64,000 nt of DNA, taken from the sequence record LR756511.1; one strand, written 5' to 3'. Both the position numbers and the translations under genes were made by a program. Below the pieces are notes generated by a model. That model was not told the origin of the DNA. It did not search any database and was given only the letters and a program-made list of their open reading frames with translations. Positions 37,561-47,746 of the stretch are shown piece after piece. Position 1 is the first letter of the stretch, and each line of letters starts with the position of its first letter.

Positions 37561-37918
37561 TACTGTTTCCGAACCCGCCAAGCGTCTTGCCTTCGTTCGT
37601 ACAGCTGCCACTTTGCGGGGGCAGTTCGGCTGGTGGCTTCCATCCAGGCGGTTTCCAATCGTCAAATTCCCGTGGCGATAACTTCTCTACCAAATCTCTG
37701 ACTCGTTCCCAAAGCTTATCCGCCGCCATGTTCACAATATCATTCTGCATTTTCACCAAGTTGAATTTGTCTGTGATGCTTAATGCGCGGTCTTCAAAAA
37801 GCACAAGCTCAAGAGCGTCATTAAACTCTTGAGTCTTATGCTTAATTCCCGCCGCCATATTATTCAGAAAACGCAACTTCACAAATCTTTCTGATTTGTG
37901 CCATTCATCCCTGGTCAT
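37550..37918 (-). CDS. Hypothetical protein
   Basis: ATGA overlap upstream. Confidence 0.55.
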   Translation of the reverse strand: MTRDEWHKSERFVKLRFLNNMAAGIKHKTQEFNDALELVLFEDRALSITDKFNLVKMQNDIVNMAADKLWERVRDLVEKLSPREFDDWKPPGWKPPAELPPQSGSCTNEGKTLGGFGNSNAL

Positions 37919-38523
37919 CTCTTTTCCTTTAATGCGTATTTGATATCTTCTGTGATTTCCTTAACTAACTCTTCACAAGCCTTTTTGTCCCACCAATCCT
38001 TTGCCTTCTCGTAGCTTTTATCTTCTGGATGGGATACATAAACAACAAGGCAGTTATTGAACATTAAACCACAGCGGTCACTTTGTTTCACAAATTCTTC
38101 TGGCACCACCGAGGCAAGCGGCGCCATATGAATGTTTTTGTGAGGACGAGTAGCTTGTTCAATTGATAGATCGACAATATATTTGTCGTTCACAGCCGTC
38201 ACAAGATGCCCAGGCCACATCTTTTTGTCTTCTAACTCTTGCTTCTTATCACCAATCACAACATGCCAAGCACCTTCTGCAAGCCAAGCCTGAGCCTCTT
38301 CATCGCTTTCAGGCGTGCGGCCTTTTTTCACATAGGTTTCATTAAAAACATTTGCCTCTACGACGAGAGGCTTTAAGTCTTTAAAGTGAAACTTTTTAAG
38401 AACCTCAATCACAATCCTAGTTGCGGCTACACAACAGTAATAATTGTAAGTTCTTGCAATAGCTTTTGGTGCGATTTGTGTTAATGCTTCTAATACTTTT
38501 AACTGATATGCCGATAAATCCAT
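37915..38523 (-). CDS. Hypothetical protein
   Basis: 202 aa, GAGG ribosome-binding site; C....R, GHLV and DLSI motifs. Confidence 0.7.
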   Translation of the reverse strand: MDLSAYQLKVLEALTQIAPKAIARTYNYYCCVAATRIVIEVLKKFHFKDLKPLVVEANVFNETYVKKGRTPESDEEAQAWLAEGAWHVVIGDKKQELEDKKMWPGHLVTAVNDKYIVDLSIEQATRPHKNIHMAPLASVVPEEFVKQSDRCGLMFNNCLVVYVSHPEDKSYEKAKDWWDKKACEELVKEITEDIKYALKEKR

Positions 38524-39070
38524 TATAATCCTCTATTGTTTTGATGCCCATTCATTCAGCTTCGCTGCGTAATCATTTAATGCGTCTATTGCTTCTTTTT
38601 CAGTTGCATAAGCCTCATCACAAAACTGTTCAGCTTCATCTACCCAATACCATCCGCCAACCCACGTCTTCTTATGCATCCATGTCCCAGGCGGAATATA
38701 ATAAACAAATTGACTATGCTGGGATTGTATCATCTTTCTTCAATTCCTCAATGATATATTTTGCAATTTTAGGTTTGCTTGCTTCTGTATCGACTGCATG
38801 GGAATGACAATCAATCCTACAGTCATTACACTTGCACCATTCCCAATCATCGAAATTTTCAAGTATCTCTTTCAGTTGTTGTTCTGTAACATTCATAATG
38901 ATAACTTAAAATCTAGTTTTGCACCAGAGCAGTTCCACTTCATAGCGGATATCAGCACCATCCCGCCACCTTTAAAGTGGACAAGAATAAACTCGTCATC
39001 CTTAGAGCAGTCGATCCGCTCTATGGTTTTATCTTTCAAAAGGTCGGTTAGTAGCTTTTGATCTACCATG

Positions 39071-39823
39071 TTACACCACATGATAGGCAAGGTCAAGACT
39101 AGGTTGATTTAACCACTCTTCGGGCCACTGTTCCCACAATTGCCCATCAAGCAAGTTATCCTGCCCAGGCTTAAATGCCGCGCCCTGCTTATAGAAGAAA
39201 GCAACTTTTTCTTTTACGCACAAGTCTCTAATTTCTCTGGCCCACTCAGGGTCCATTGCACGGAAATTAGGACCAGATTCGCCGCCAACAATTACCCAGC
39301 AAATCTTCTTTAAATTCAAATCCTTCAAAGAACCCAATAGAGGTTCTGCGGAAATGAATCTCCACCTAGTAGGGATTTTCCTTAAGGTGTCAACTCTCCA
39401 TAGATAATCACTATTCTCGACAGAAACACCTAGCGCAACATTAGGATAACCATGCACCCCCCAATCTTTAGGCAGTCTGGTTCCTATGTTGTTAGGTCTT
39501 TTTGTTAGAATCTGATATATAAGATTCGGCGTTTCCTTGATAACTTTCCAAGCATCATTGCGCCATTCATCTGCTTCTTCAATAAAGAAGTCAGACCATG
39601 AGCAAGTAAACACCATTTCCTTCTTATCACTGTTAGCCAATGGAAGCTGCCAGCGACGAGGATTATTCCACGTTTTAGTTTTAGTAACGACGGTGGAATC
39701 GTTGCCATAACGTTCCATATCACGGAACATATAGCAATTCTTACACCCAGGAGATATTTTCTGGCACCCTTTCCAAAAATTTTGGGTACGAAGGGTCCAA
39801 GAAATGTTTGTCGAGTCACCCAT
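39071..39823 (-). CDS. DUF5131 / Gp37Gp68-family protein
   Basis: T.ISWT..T.N.W.GC.KISPGC.NCY, F.CSWSDFF, LTKRP, F.SAEPLL, W.IVGGESG. Confidence 0.9.
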   Translation of the reverse strand: MGDSTNISWTLRTQNFWKGCQKISPGCKNCYMFRDMERYGNDSTVVTKTKTWNNPRRWQLPLANSDKKEMVFTCSWSDFFIEEADEWRNDAWKVIKETPNLIYQILTKRPNNIGTRLPKDWGVHGYPNVALGVSVENSDYLWRVDTLRKIPTRWRFISAEPLLGSLKDLNLKKICWVIVGGESGPNFRAMDPEWAREIRDLCVKEKVAFFYKQGAAFKPGQDNLLDGQLWEQWPEEWLNQPSLDLAYHVV

Positions 39824-40272
39824 TTGCCACCTTCACTGTGCAGAACTCTTCCATAAGGATTTTAATGAACCTTATGGTGTCTTCGGTTAAAGCCTCACCA
39901 GTTTTTTCAGCACGCCGAGTTGCAACTTCGTATAAGTAGCCTTTTACAACAATTGGATGCCGTAAAGCTAAAGGCCGCATTTGAACTAGCTTTTCAATTG
40001 CCCTTCTTAGCAGCGGTTTCATTTTTTGCTTTCTCCTCGCATCCTGAAGCATGATTCAACAATGTTAGCAGATTTCCCGCGCTTCGACCAGTTTTTTTCA
40101 AACTATACGCGGATTTGCAAAATTTACATTGTAGAATCCAACTATCCCCTTTGTCTACGGAGGAATAGTATTCGGGGTACGGAGGTTCACTGTCCATTTC
40201 ATTTTGCCTATAATAGAGTTGTCCAGAGAACACCTACTCCACTATACTACAAAATTGACGCTTGGAAAGCGA

Positions 40273-41235
40273 TCAAAGTTCCATTTCGCTGAGCGGCTGC
40301 AACAATTTTCTTATGAAATTCGTCGTTCTTTCTAGTTCTGTTTTGAACAGGCTTTTTTGCCTTAGAAAACTGTGGAGCAGTGATTTTGCCTTGACGTAAT
40401 CGAAATGCCAGTAATCAAGACTCCAATCCTTTCTACCAATAAACTCCATAAACATTTCATTTTTGGTGTGGTGAGTTATATCGAAGAAAGGCGTGTTGCC
40501 TAGACAGCTAAAAATCGCCGCATGTAATCTAGATGTAATTGCTGCATCTGCCGCTGCAAATATATCTAAAGTGTCTTGGACGGACAATTTATCATAAACA
40601 ACAATATGCTTCTTGTAAAACTTTGAAGTCGCATAAACAAAGGAATTGGCGATTCTATCATTTTGAGGGAATCCATTTCCAAATGGAATTAAAATGAAAC
40701 TTGCTGGCGTTTCGTCCATTAAGTGCCCTAAATCATAACACACTTTCTCGAAATTAACGTAATCTCTAGCTAACTGTGCCTCTCGACTACATAGAAAGCT
40801 ATTGAATGTCAAAACCACTACATCGTCATAAAGATCAGCGCGTTCTGCATTAAATCTATCTCTAATCAATTTTTTACCATTCTTCGCGTCACCTGAGAGA
40901 CAGAACGTGAAATCGGGCATCACAGTAACATTTGGAATGTTTGTCTTGTTTCTGGCAATAACCTTGAGAAATGGTGAAAGTTGATGTTCGTTTTCTGGTC
41001 GAAGATTAATCGACATAGCATATTTGCGTGCGTTTGGCGACTTATTTATGTTCTTTAAGAATTCTGGTGAAATAACGTCACCGCCACCTAGAATAATAAC
41101 TTCAGGATCGCGTTCCAGCACTTCCTGACTAAACTGGAAGTTATATTGTGGAAACAACTTAGGAAATGCTAGTTTGTAGGCTTCGTCGCCAATGTTAGAA
41201 TGGTTGTACCAACCAAGGATGCATATAGGTTTCAT
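40273..41235 (-). CDS. Polysaccharide pyruvyltransferase family protein
   Basis: GWY.H.NIGDE, ILGGGD, MPD..F, SRLHAAIFS. Confidence 0.8.
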   Translation of the reverse strand: MKPICILGWYNHSNIGDEAYKLAFPKLFPQYNFQFSQEVLERDPEVIILGGGDVISPEFLKNINKSPNARKYAMSINLRPENEHQLSPFLKVIARNKTNIPNVTVMPDFTFCLSGDAKNGKKLIRDRFNAERADLYDDVVVLTFNSFLCSREAQLARDYVNFEKVCYDLGHLMDETPASFILIPFGNGFPQNDRIANSFVYATSKFYKKHIVVYDKLSVQDTLDIFAAADAAITSRLHAAIFSCLGNTPFFDITHHTKNEMFMEFIGRKDWSLDYWHFDYVKAKSLLHSFLRQKSLFKTELERTTNFIRKLLQPLSEMEL

Positions 41236-41423
41236 TGTGAATATATACTATCGTCTATTCTACAAAACTTGCAAGTTGAAGAGGTTTTGTGATCTTCATA
41301 TTTGTCAATTTTAGCACAGCGAATCGAACACCAAGACCTTTCGCAATCACATTCTAGGTAATCATCACAACTAAAAATTATTTCGCGGCAAACATCACAG
41401 AGAAAATAGGAAGGCATATAACT

Positions 41424-41442
41424 TATATATGCTTATTAATTT
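41424..41442 (-). promoter_or_regulatory. AT-rich motif copy
   Basis: AAATTAATAAGCATATATA, 6 nt before ATG 41417. Confidence 0.4.
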
Positions 41443-41640
41443 GAGCTATCGGATTTGATTATACGGATTGTGAGCGGAGTTGAACTGGCTAATACTTCAC
41501 AGGCTTCGGAAATGAGATAAAGCAACGCTTCTGTTTCCCATTCTTCCAAGTGCCTGAAATCTAAAATCGGTAATACTTCATCGCAATTTTGCAAATTTAA
41601 AACCTCCAGACTTTATGTAGTATTTAGTATTATATATTAT

Positions 41641-42351
41641 ATGCAATATCTAGAACGAGTATCACTGATTGAAGGCAAAAAGCCAATAATCTTCGTCGCT
41701 CCGCACGGTGCGCCATGTGACGACACAAATACCGCCCTGATGACTGAAATTCTTGCAGAACTAACCGAAGGTTACGCCGTTATTAATCGCGGTTGGGAAC
41801 GTGGCAAAGACATCGACTACAAGCGAGAGAAAGCCAACTGTAATAACGTCGAACACTGTCACAAAGATGTTGTCAAAGAAGAATTTCTAGACCCGCTCAT
41901 TCGATTCAAATGTCGCATTCTCAAAAAATGGTCCCGTGCCATGATCGTTTATGTCCACGGCATGAGTAATTCCATCCGAGAACAATCACAAATTCCAAAC
42001 TTAAATTATGTCGTTGGTTTCGGAAGAGGCAATCCTAATTCTTTCACATGCCAAAAATGGATTAAAGACTTTATTGTTTACCACTTAGCCACAGGAGATA
42101 ACTGTAAAGTAGGCGAAGGTAAAGCAGGAGGCAATTATGCTGCCTGGAGAAAGAATAATATGACTCAGTTATTTAGAAAGTGGTATCCTGACAGCGAAGT
42201 GGATTCCATTCAGCTAGAAATCATTAATGAACTGCGACAACAACGCCAAACCGCTAAAATCACAGCCCAAATTATAGCAATCACAATGTCGGAGTTGTTG
42301 GAATGTAATAAGTGGGAAATGCCCAACGATTTCAGGATTCCAAGGGTTTAA
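41641..42351 (+). CDS. N-formylglutamate amidohydrolase-like Zn hydrolase
   Basis: IIFVAPHG, VYVHGM, SIQLEI. Confidence 0.55.
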   Translation: MQYLERVSLIEGKKPIIFVAPHGAPCDDTNTALMTEILAELTEGYAVINRGWERGKDIDYKREKANCNNVEHCHKDVVKEEFLDPLIRFKCRILKKWSRAMIVYVHGMSNSIREQSQIPNLNYVVGFGRGNPNSFTCQKWIKDFIVYHLATGDNCKVGEGKAGGNYAAWRKNNMTQLFRKWYPDSEVDSIQLEIINELRQQRQTAKITAQIIAITMSELLECNKWEMPNDFRIPRV

Positions 42352-42682
42352 AAGACGGATATCCGTCCGTTGTTACCCTTGTTTTAACCCTCTTGGACCC
42401 GTTACAAATACGGCAAGTGCCATTTTGTTTATAGCCACCATCAAAACCAGTAGGTTCGCCTTTAGGTCCACCCATACAACCCATACAGGGAAATCCTTTT
42501 TTGTGAATCTGGTTCCTCTTGAACCATTCAGCCATACAGGTTAAGTTACAAAAACAATATTGCCAATCATCTGTTGCGATATGATGACACTTGCCACAAT
42601 TGCGAACGCGATGAATGAATGTTAAACTAATATCAAACAAACTGCATTCTTTGCAATTAACACAACAGATAGATTGGATCAT
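42332..42682 (-). CDS. Cys-rich Zn-finger-like protein
   Basis: Several CxxC pairs. Confidence 0.55.
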   Translation of the reverse strand: MIQSICCVNCKECSLFDISLTFIHRVRNCGKCHHIATDDWQYCFCNLTCMAEWFKRNQIHKKGFPCMGCMGGPKGEPTGFDGGYKQNGTCRICNGSKRVKTRVTTDGYPSFKPLES

Positions 42683-42978
42683 TCTTCCTTCTCCATAGTA
42701 AGTTTTGGAAGTCGTCTAAGTCTTTCTTCAATTTCCATCCTACGAGCTTCTGGATTACATTCATGCATACCAATCCAGCTTTCATAATACTCATGTTCTA
42801 GGACTATCCGACGTAATATCCCTTCTGCCTGTTCCTCATCATTTGGATAGAATCCGAGCCGCATAGCAAAATGCATTACCGTGCCTTTATCAGCATACTT
42901 ATCAGCAGTTCCAGCATCAAACGCAATTGCTTCTGTATTCCTGCAATCTTTTAATTCTTGGGGCGGTTTAATATCCAT
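42679..42978 (-). CDS. Hypothetical protein
   Basis: Packed ORF. Confidence 0.55.
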   Translation of the reverse strand: MDIKPPQELKDCRNTEAIAFDAGTADKYADKGTVMHFAMRLGFYPNDEEQAEGILRRIVLEHEYYESWIGMHECNPEARRMEIEERLRRLPKLTMEKEE

Positions 42979-43256
42979 TATTGCTCCTTAAACGACCAAA
43001 TGATCGCTTCACAACTTTTACATTGTCCAAGATAGACAAAGCCTTTGCCATCCGAACATTCGTATTTATGTAATTTAACCGATTTCTGACACCGACATGG
43101 TGGCTGATAATGTTCTATTAAGAAAATCGGTGGTTCTTCATAAAACCACGGACGATCCCACGCATCATGCACATAATTCATTGCCCATTCAACCAATTCG
43201 TCTGCTGGCACTTGTTCTGTCATTCTAGAAATCCTTGATGAATATAAATATCCCAT
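42978..43256 (-). CDS. Hypothetical protein with Cys motifs
   Basis: CRC...GQCKSC. Confidence 0.5.
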   Translation of the reverse strand: MGYLYSSRISRMTEQVPADELVEWAMNYVHDAWDRPWFYEEPPIFLIEHYQPPCRCQKSVKLHKYECSDGKGFVYLGQCKSCEAIIWSFKEQ

Positions 43257-44146
43257 CCGTCTATAGTTACGACAACTTCATCGCCTTCTCTCCAGTGAGG
43301 TTTCAGTACCGCTCCCATTCTAATAGAGGCAAATTCTTCCTTATCTTCAAGTGGTTTGTCGTAGACGGATTTAGCAATCGTATGACCATCTATACCTGTC
43401 CATACTCGCAAATCTGTATTGGTCACAACCGATTCTTCCGATTTTAAACTATCTAGAAACGCTTTTCTATCTTTTCGAGGGACAGGCGGCTTTGGTAGGG
43501 GAACACTAAACTGACCGCGCACCTGTTCCAGAAGCGTATGCAGCTTCTTCCTGGGAAGGTTCTTGTTGTCATTGTAAATTTGTCTTAGTTCGCCAATCTT
43601 TGCCAAGGTCAAGTTAGATGACCCTTTTAGACCGTTACAAACGGCGCATAGAGTCTGAAAGTTGCTATGAACTTCACTTCCATCACAAGATTTGGGATGA
43701 ATATGATCTTTGGTCATTAAGACTAGAACACCATTCTCTTCTGCATACAAATTAAAATGTGGATTCTTGTCTGATGGACTTTGTTCCAAAAGGAACTTAG
43801 TGCCTTCAAGACCACATGCGGAACAACGGGGATTACTTCTAAAGACAAAATATCGCTTGCTATCCATTCGAACTTCGTAAATCTTATCTCCAATCTTGTA
43901 TTCTTTCTTTCTTTCATCTCTTGAAACGAATGGAAGGACTTCATTCAGATTAAATTCGGCTAAACTGATGCGGTGCCGTTCTCTTTGACGGAGACGTTCA
44001 AGCCGAATATTGCTTTTCAAAAGAACGACATCGGATGTTTTCTTATTTAATTCTTCTTGTAGTTCTGCGAGAAGTTCCTCAGTAGATTTATCGGTTTCTC
44101 TATCGAAGACGTACTTGACGTGAACCCGATAGCTATTTTTCGTCAT
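43220..44146 (-). CDS. HNH endonuclease domain protein
   Basis: CSACG...MTKDHIHPKS..G....SNFQTLCAVCNGLKG. Confidence 0.8.
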   Translation of the reverse strand: MTKNSYRVHVKYVFDRETDKSTEELLAELQEELNKKTSDVVLLKSNIRLERLRQRERHRISLAEFNLNEVLPFVSRDERKKEYKIGDKIYEVRMDSKRYFVFRSNPRCSACGLEGTKFLLEQSPSDKNPHFNLYAEENGVLVLMTKDHIHPKSCDGSEVHSNFQTLCAVCNGLKGSSNLTLAKIGELRQIYNDNKNLPRKKLHTLLEQVRGQFSVPLPKPPVPRKDRKAFLDSLKSEESVVTNTDLRVWTGIDGHTIAKSVYDKPLEDKEEFASIRMGAVLKPHWREGDEVVVTIDGWDIYIHQGFLE

Positions 44147-44164
44147 TAGTCACTCTTTTATTCC

Positions 44165-44515
44165 ATGCGGCCTAAAACTATTTTCCTAGATATTGACGGC
44201 ACAATCCTGAAACATCACGGCTCAATGAGCAAGTGTGTATCAATGCCGCCTGCATTACTCGACAACGTTCATCAAAAACTCGATGAATGGGATCGAAAAA
44301 GCTACCGTGTTATTTTAGTGACTGGCAGAAAGGAATCAATGCGAAAAATGACAGAAAAGCAGCTTCGCAGATTAGGAATTAATTACGATATGCTTGTGAT
44401 GCAAGTTGGCAATGGGCCTAGAGTTCTGATTAATGACACAGGATACGAAGGCGAAGAAACCGCTTTTGGTATTACTGTGGAACGAAATAAAGGCTTAGGC
44501 GACGTGGACGTTTAG
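44165..44515 (+). CDS. Small HAD-superfamily phosphatase
   Basis: FLDIDGT, VTGRKE, INDT. Confidence 0.8.
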   Translation: MRPKTIFLDIDGTILKHHGSMSKCVSMPPALLDNVHQKLDEWDRKSYRVILVTGRKESMRKMTEKQLRRLGINYDMLVMQVGNGPRVLINDTGYEGEETAFGITVERNKGLGDVDV

Positions 44516-44973
44516 CGAAGCTCAGGCGAGCCACCGCTGTATTTACCTTCCATTGAATCCTTCCAGCCTTGATTGACTTGCCCGTTGATATTCTTTATAT
44601 CCGTAGCATTGTTTCTAGCCCATTCTGCACGTTCAAATGCCGATAGAGGATTTCCCCAAAGGTCTGTAACTGGTGGTGGAGCATCGGAAATACCGAAACC
44701 ATCTCTTCGAACCTTGAATTCAGTTGAACCCTTCGGTTTACGAGGTGGCGGTTGTGGACGCTTAGGTTGTGCGTGGCCGCTGTTATAGCGTGCGCGTGCA
44801 TTTACGTCGATTAGCGTTTCATAAGCTAATTGGATTTGTTTAAAACGAGCTTCTGCTGCTTTGTCACCAGGGTTACGATCAGGATGATATGCAAAAGCTA
44901 GTTTTCTATATGCTGACTTAATTTCAGCTTCGGTGGCGACCCTTGACACGCCAAGCAGTTGATAGTAGTCCAT
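44512..44973 (-). CDS. J-domain (DnaJ-type) protein
   Basis: DYYQLLGV...A...[28 protein letters not shown]. Confidence 0.9.
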   Translation of the reverse strand: MDYYQLLGVSRVATEAEIKSAYRKLAFAYHPDRNPGDKAAEARFKQIQLAYETLIDVNARARYNSGHAQPKRPQPPPRKPKGSTEFKVRRDGFGISDAPPPVTDLWGNPLSAFERAEWARNNATDIKNINGQVNQGWKDSMEGKYSGGSPELR

Positions 44974-44994
44974 TATTCCTCATTAAATAATTAA

Positions 44995-45243
44995 TTACTC
45001 TTCCATTCGGTCTACTTCTGCTTGACTTCTTAGCAATTTATAAACTAAAATCCCACAAAATGCCGACATAAGTTTTTCTTCGCCTAACATCGACCAACTA
45101 GCTATAAAGTTGGCGATTGCAGGATTTTCCGCCGCAATTGCTGCTAACTCATTCTTAACAAACGTTCTATCATTCGCTTCGCCAATATGTCTCGCTATCG
45201 AAAAACCAACATCCGAATTCACAACTGGCAACAATGGTTTCAT
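44995..45243 (-). CDS. Hypothetical protein
   Basis: Standalone short ORF. Confidence 0.55.
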   Translation of the reverse strand: MKPLLPVVNSDVGFSIARHIGEANDRTFVKNELAAIAAENPAIANFIASWSMLGEEKLMSAFCGILVYKLLRSQAEVDRMEE

Positions 45244-45274
45244 ATAATAATATATTGTCTTTCTATAATATTAT

Positions 45275-45493
45275 ATGGCCTACTTTAATGAAAATCTTAA
45301 AAATTGGCTTCTTGGCAAAAGCGAAATAGACTATGATTGTTTCTCCGCGCCGCCCAAAGAAGAAAACCCGCAAGACCTTCTAGAGAAATTCAAAGGGTCC
45401 AGCGACAAGAAAGAGATAACCAAAATAACCAAGAAATTAAACAACTTGGGATATGAAATAAAAACTGTTTATATTCTCAGTAAAAAAAATTAG
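45275..45493 (+). CDS. Hypothetical protein
   Basis: AT-rich leader; convergent hairpin at about 45492-45512. Confidence 0.5.
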   Translation: MAYFNENLKNWLLGKSEIDYDCFSAPPKEENPQDLLEKFKGSSDKKEITKITKKLNNLGYEIKTVYILSKKN

Positions 45494-45518
45494 GGGCAGG
45501 TTTCCCCGCCCCATAGCT

Positions 45519-45953
45519 TTACTTTGCCTGCAAACACATTTGATATATTTCCTCAATCATTCGCAATGTAGATTGAGAGAATACACTACAAGCCTCTTCA
45601 TGAACTGGATACCGAGCTTCACGGTAGTAGTTCTCCATTTCAGCATACACCAGACTGACAGTAGTAACTTCTTCCTTGGTCCACTGGTGACGTGGGCCAG
45701 TTTGCTTATGACAGAACACAGAATCAAGTTCTGGCTCTGGCATTGGCTCTGGTGCCGCATAACCCACCGCACGACCCTGTGAATCCCTTAACTTTCGTCG
45801 GATCACACGATTATGTGGCATTTTGCGATCCCATCGCTCCCATGCCGCCTTCTGATGTCTCGCCTTCGTAAGAAACTTGTTAATTTCTTTGAGCTTCTTA
45901 CAGGTTTCCCGATCACAAGGATGGAAACCCCACTTACTTTGAAACGCTGCCAT
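45519..45953 (-). CDS. Hypothetical protein
   Basis: Packed ORF. Confidence 0.6.
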   Translation of the reverse strand: MAAFQSKWGFHPCDRETCKKLKEINKFLTKARHQKAAWERWDRKMPHNRVIRRKLRDSQGRAVGYAAPEPMPEPELDSVFCHKQTGPRHQWTKEEVTTVSLVYAEMENYYREARYPVHEEACSVFSQSTLRMIEEIYQMCLQAK

Positions 45954-45954
45954 T

Positions 45955-46530
45955 TTAGTTCTCCTTTCGCTTGATTGTAAAACCCATGTCCAAAGACACT
46001 TCTAACTGTTGATCCCACTGCTTGTGTCGCCGTGAATTCCAACTCTCTCCGATAATAGGAATATCGGGAGGCATGTCATCATAAGGCGTTAAATTGCCGT
46101 CAAAGAAATTCTTTGCTACAACCTTCACAAGTTCAGTATTTTGAGTCGTCTTACTTAATGCCCACTTTGTAAAGTTCTCTAATTCCAACTCGTAATCACA
46201 GTCTTTAGCTTTCTGCCTTACCTTAGCATGGTTTTCGGCATAGCTTTTCTGACGTGCTTCATCAAGCTCTGAATAATCCATTGGAATATCAGGACGATCC
46301 CAAATAAGGGTGTTAAAATCCAGAGTGCTAATCTGAATCTTATTGCCCTCACGACAATACTTTCCGCCAATAGGCGTTCCCTTTTCATCCCTGATAATCA
46401 TTTGAGCAGAACCATCCCAATAAGCAGGCTCTTTACAGACGCCGCTTATATCAACATTGCCCACCACAACATGCTCCTCGCCTGTTGGGTCTTCTTCCTG
46501 CAACAATCTTATTAGCTCTTTAGTTTTCAT
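45955..46530 (-). CDS. Hypothetical phage protein
   Basis: MKTKELIRLLQEEDP start at 46530. Confidence 0.65.
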   Translation of the reverse strand: MKTKELIRLLQEEDPTGEEHVVVGNVDISGVCKEPAYWDGSAQMIIRDEKGTPIGGKYCREGNKIQISTLDFNTLIWDRPDIPMDYSELDEARQKSYAENHAKVRQKAKDCDYELELENFTKWALSKTTQNTELVKVVAKNFFDGNLTPYDDMPPDIPIIGESWNSRRHKQWDQQLEVSLDMGFTIKRKEN

Positions 46531-46801
46531 TGTTTCCCTCCACTTTAAACCTGTCGTTAAGCCAGCCTTCACAAGCTCCTACGATCTCATGCAAAGTAGG
46601 TGATTCTCCCGCCCACCCACAGTTGAAGATGTCACAGACCAGTTCACAGATTTCATCATCTACCTTTGCAAGAACCTCTGTGTATTCTGGCGTTCCCATC
46701 TTGCCCGCATACGCATAACCTTGCAGAAATCCCAAGAGCATTGCGTACTTCATTTTCATGTCCAAAAACACTTTTGGATCACTTTTCCAATCTGTTGTCA
46801 T
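46520..46801 (-). CDS. Hypothetical protein
   Basis: ATGA overlap at 46801. Confidence 0.55.
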   Translation of the reverse strand: MTTDWKSDPKVFLDMKMKYAMLLGFLQGYAYAGKMGTPEYTEVLAKVDDEICELVCDIFNCGWAGESPTLHEIVGACEGWLNDRFKVEGNNEN

Positions 46802-47115
46802 TTTTCTCCATTCTTCCATTTGTTAAAAAGTATTCTAAATTCTTCGTCTGTAACAAGCCCCATTGCTTGCTTATAGTAAAACGTTTCTTCAATGGGGATG
46901 TTTTCTACGGCACATTTAAGCCCCGTAAGATCAAGATTCTGTTCCTTGGCTTCATCAAGGATTTGCTTAAGTGTGAAACTATGACACAAATCCCACGCAT
47001 CAGACTTTGATCCGCCAAGAGCATTAGCGAATGCCATTGCACCATAACACGGTGCGCATTTTAGGCAAATAGCGTTCTTCACAGCGGCAGCAGTCGGCTT
47101 GAGATTAATCCCCAT
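46798..47115 (-). CDS. Hypothetical protein
   Basis: TAATG overlap with the Pth stop. Confidence 0.6.
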   Translation of the reverse strand: MGINLKPTAAAVKNAICLKCAPCYGAMAFANALGGSKSDAWDLCHSFTLKQILDEAKEQNLDLTGLKCAVENIPIEETFYYKQAMGLVTDEEFRILFNKWKNGEK

Positions 47116-47450
47116 TACGCAACTCCTTTCAAAAGTTGGTAGTTACGAAAAAACCGCCTTTGCTCACCGAAAATAACTTCGGTAGCTAAAGCAGTAGCTT
47201 CCCCGTTGCGGTCTGGTTCCGTGAAAACACGAAATTGAATACCAGCCGAAGCGAGTTTATCAGCAGACTTAAATAGCGCAGCTTCGTCCTTAACAGCAAG
47301 GACGATAAGATGTGGATGCTCTAAATCGTGGTCAAGAAAGGCTTTAGTGGCTTCGATACAGGCATGGGATGCCTGAACCACTTGAACGGAATGAGGAAGG
47401 TCTTTCCGAACAAAACAATACAGATACGGGGTTTCAACCTAGTGAGTCAT
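47115..47450 (-). CDS. Pth2-like peptidyl-tRNA hydrolase with an in-frame amber at codon 4
   Basis: YCFVRKDL...QVVQASHA, LIVLAVKDE, F.EPD, TALAT; ATG 47450 has AGGAG and an ATGA overlap; TAG at 47439-47441. Confidence 0.85.
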
Positions 47451-47746
47451 TTTTCTTCTCCTTGTTCTATAGTAGTGTTCTGAGCTTCTTTTCTCTTTTT
47501 GTATTCGTCAAATTCTTTGTTCATTTCCGCCGCTACACGACAATTTTCAGCGTGTAACCAACGATCCTGCCAACCAGGAGTCTTTTTCCTGTTATTATAT
47601 CGCTTCGCCATCGGCTTTAACTGAGCAAGCACTTGTTCAGGATCACCGAATGGGAAACAAGTGCAATCCATAAGCACTGCACCCAACTTCTTTTCTTCCA
47701 AACCAGGGAACAATTCTCTTACTTTATCTACGCAAATTTGGCACAC
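47447..47746 (-). CDS. Hypothetical protein
   Basis: MCQIC start; stop overlaps the Pth ATG. Confidence 0.6.
   Translation of the reverse strand: MCQICVDKVRELFPGLEEKKLGAVLMDCTCFPFGDPEQVLAQLKPMAKRYNNRKKTPGWQDRWLHAENCRVAAEMNKEFDEYKKRKEAQNTTIEQGEEK

Noticed and set aside
37561-37665. N-terminal 35-aa extension of the HNH-pncB ORF
   Set aside because: Overlaps the upstream gene in another frame; ATG 37560 fits gene packing better.
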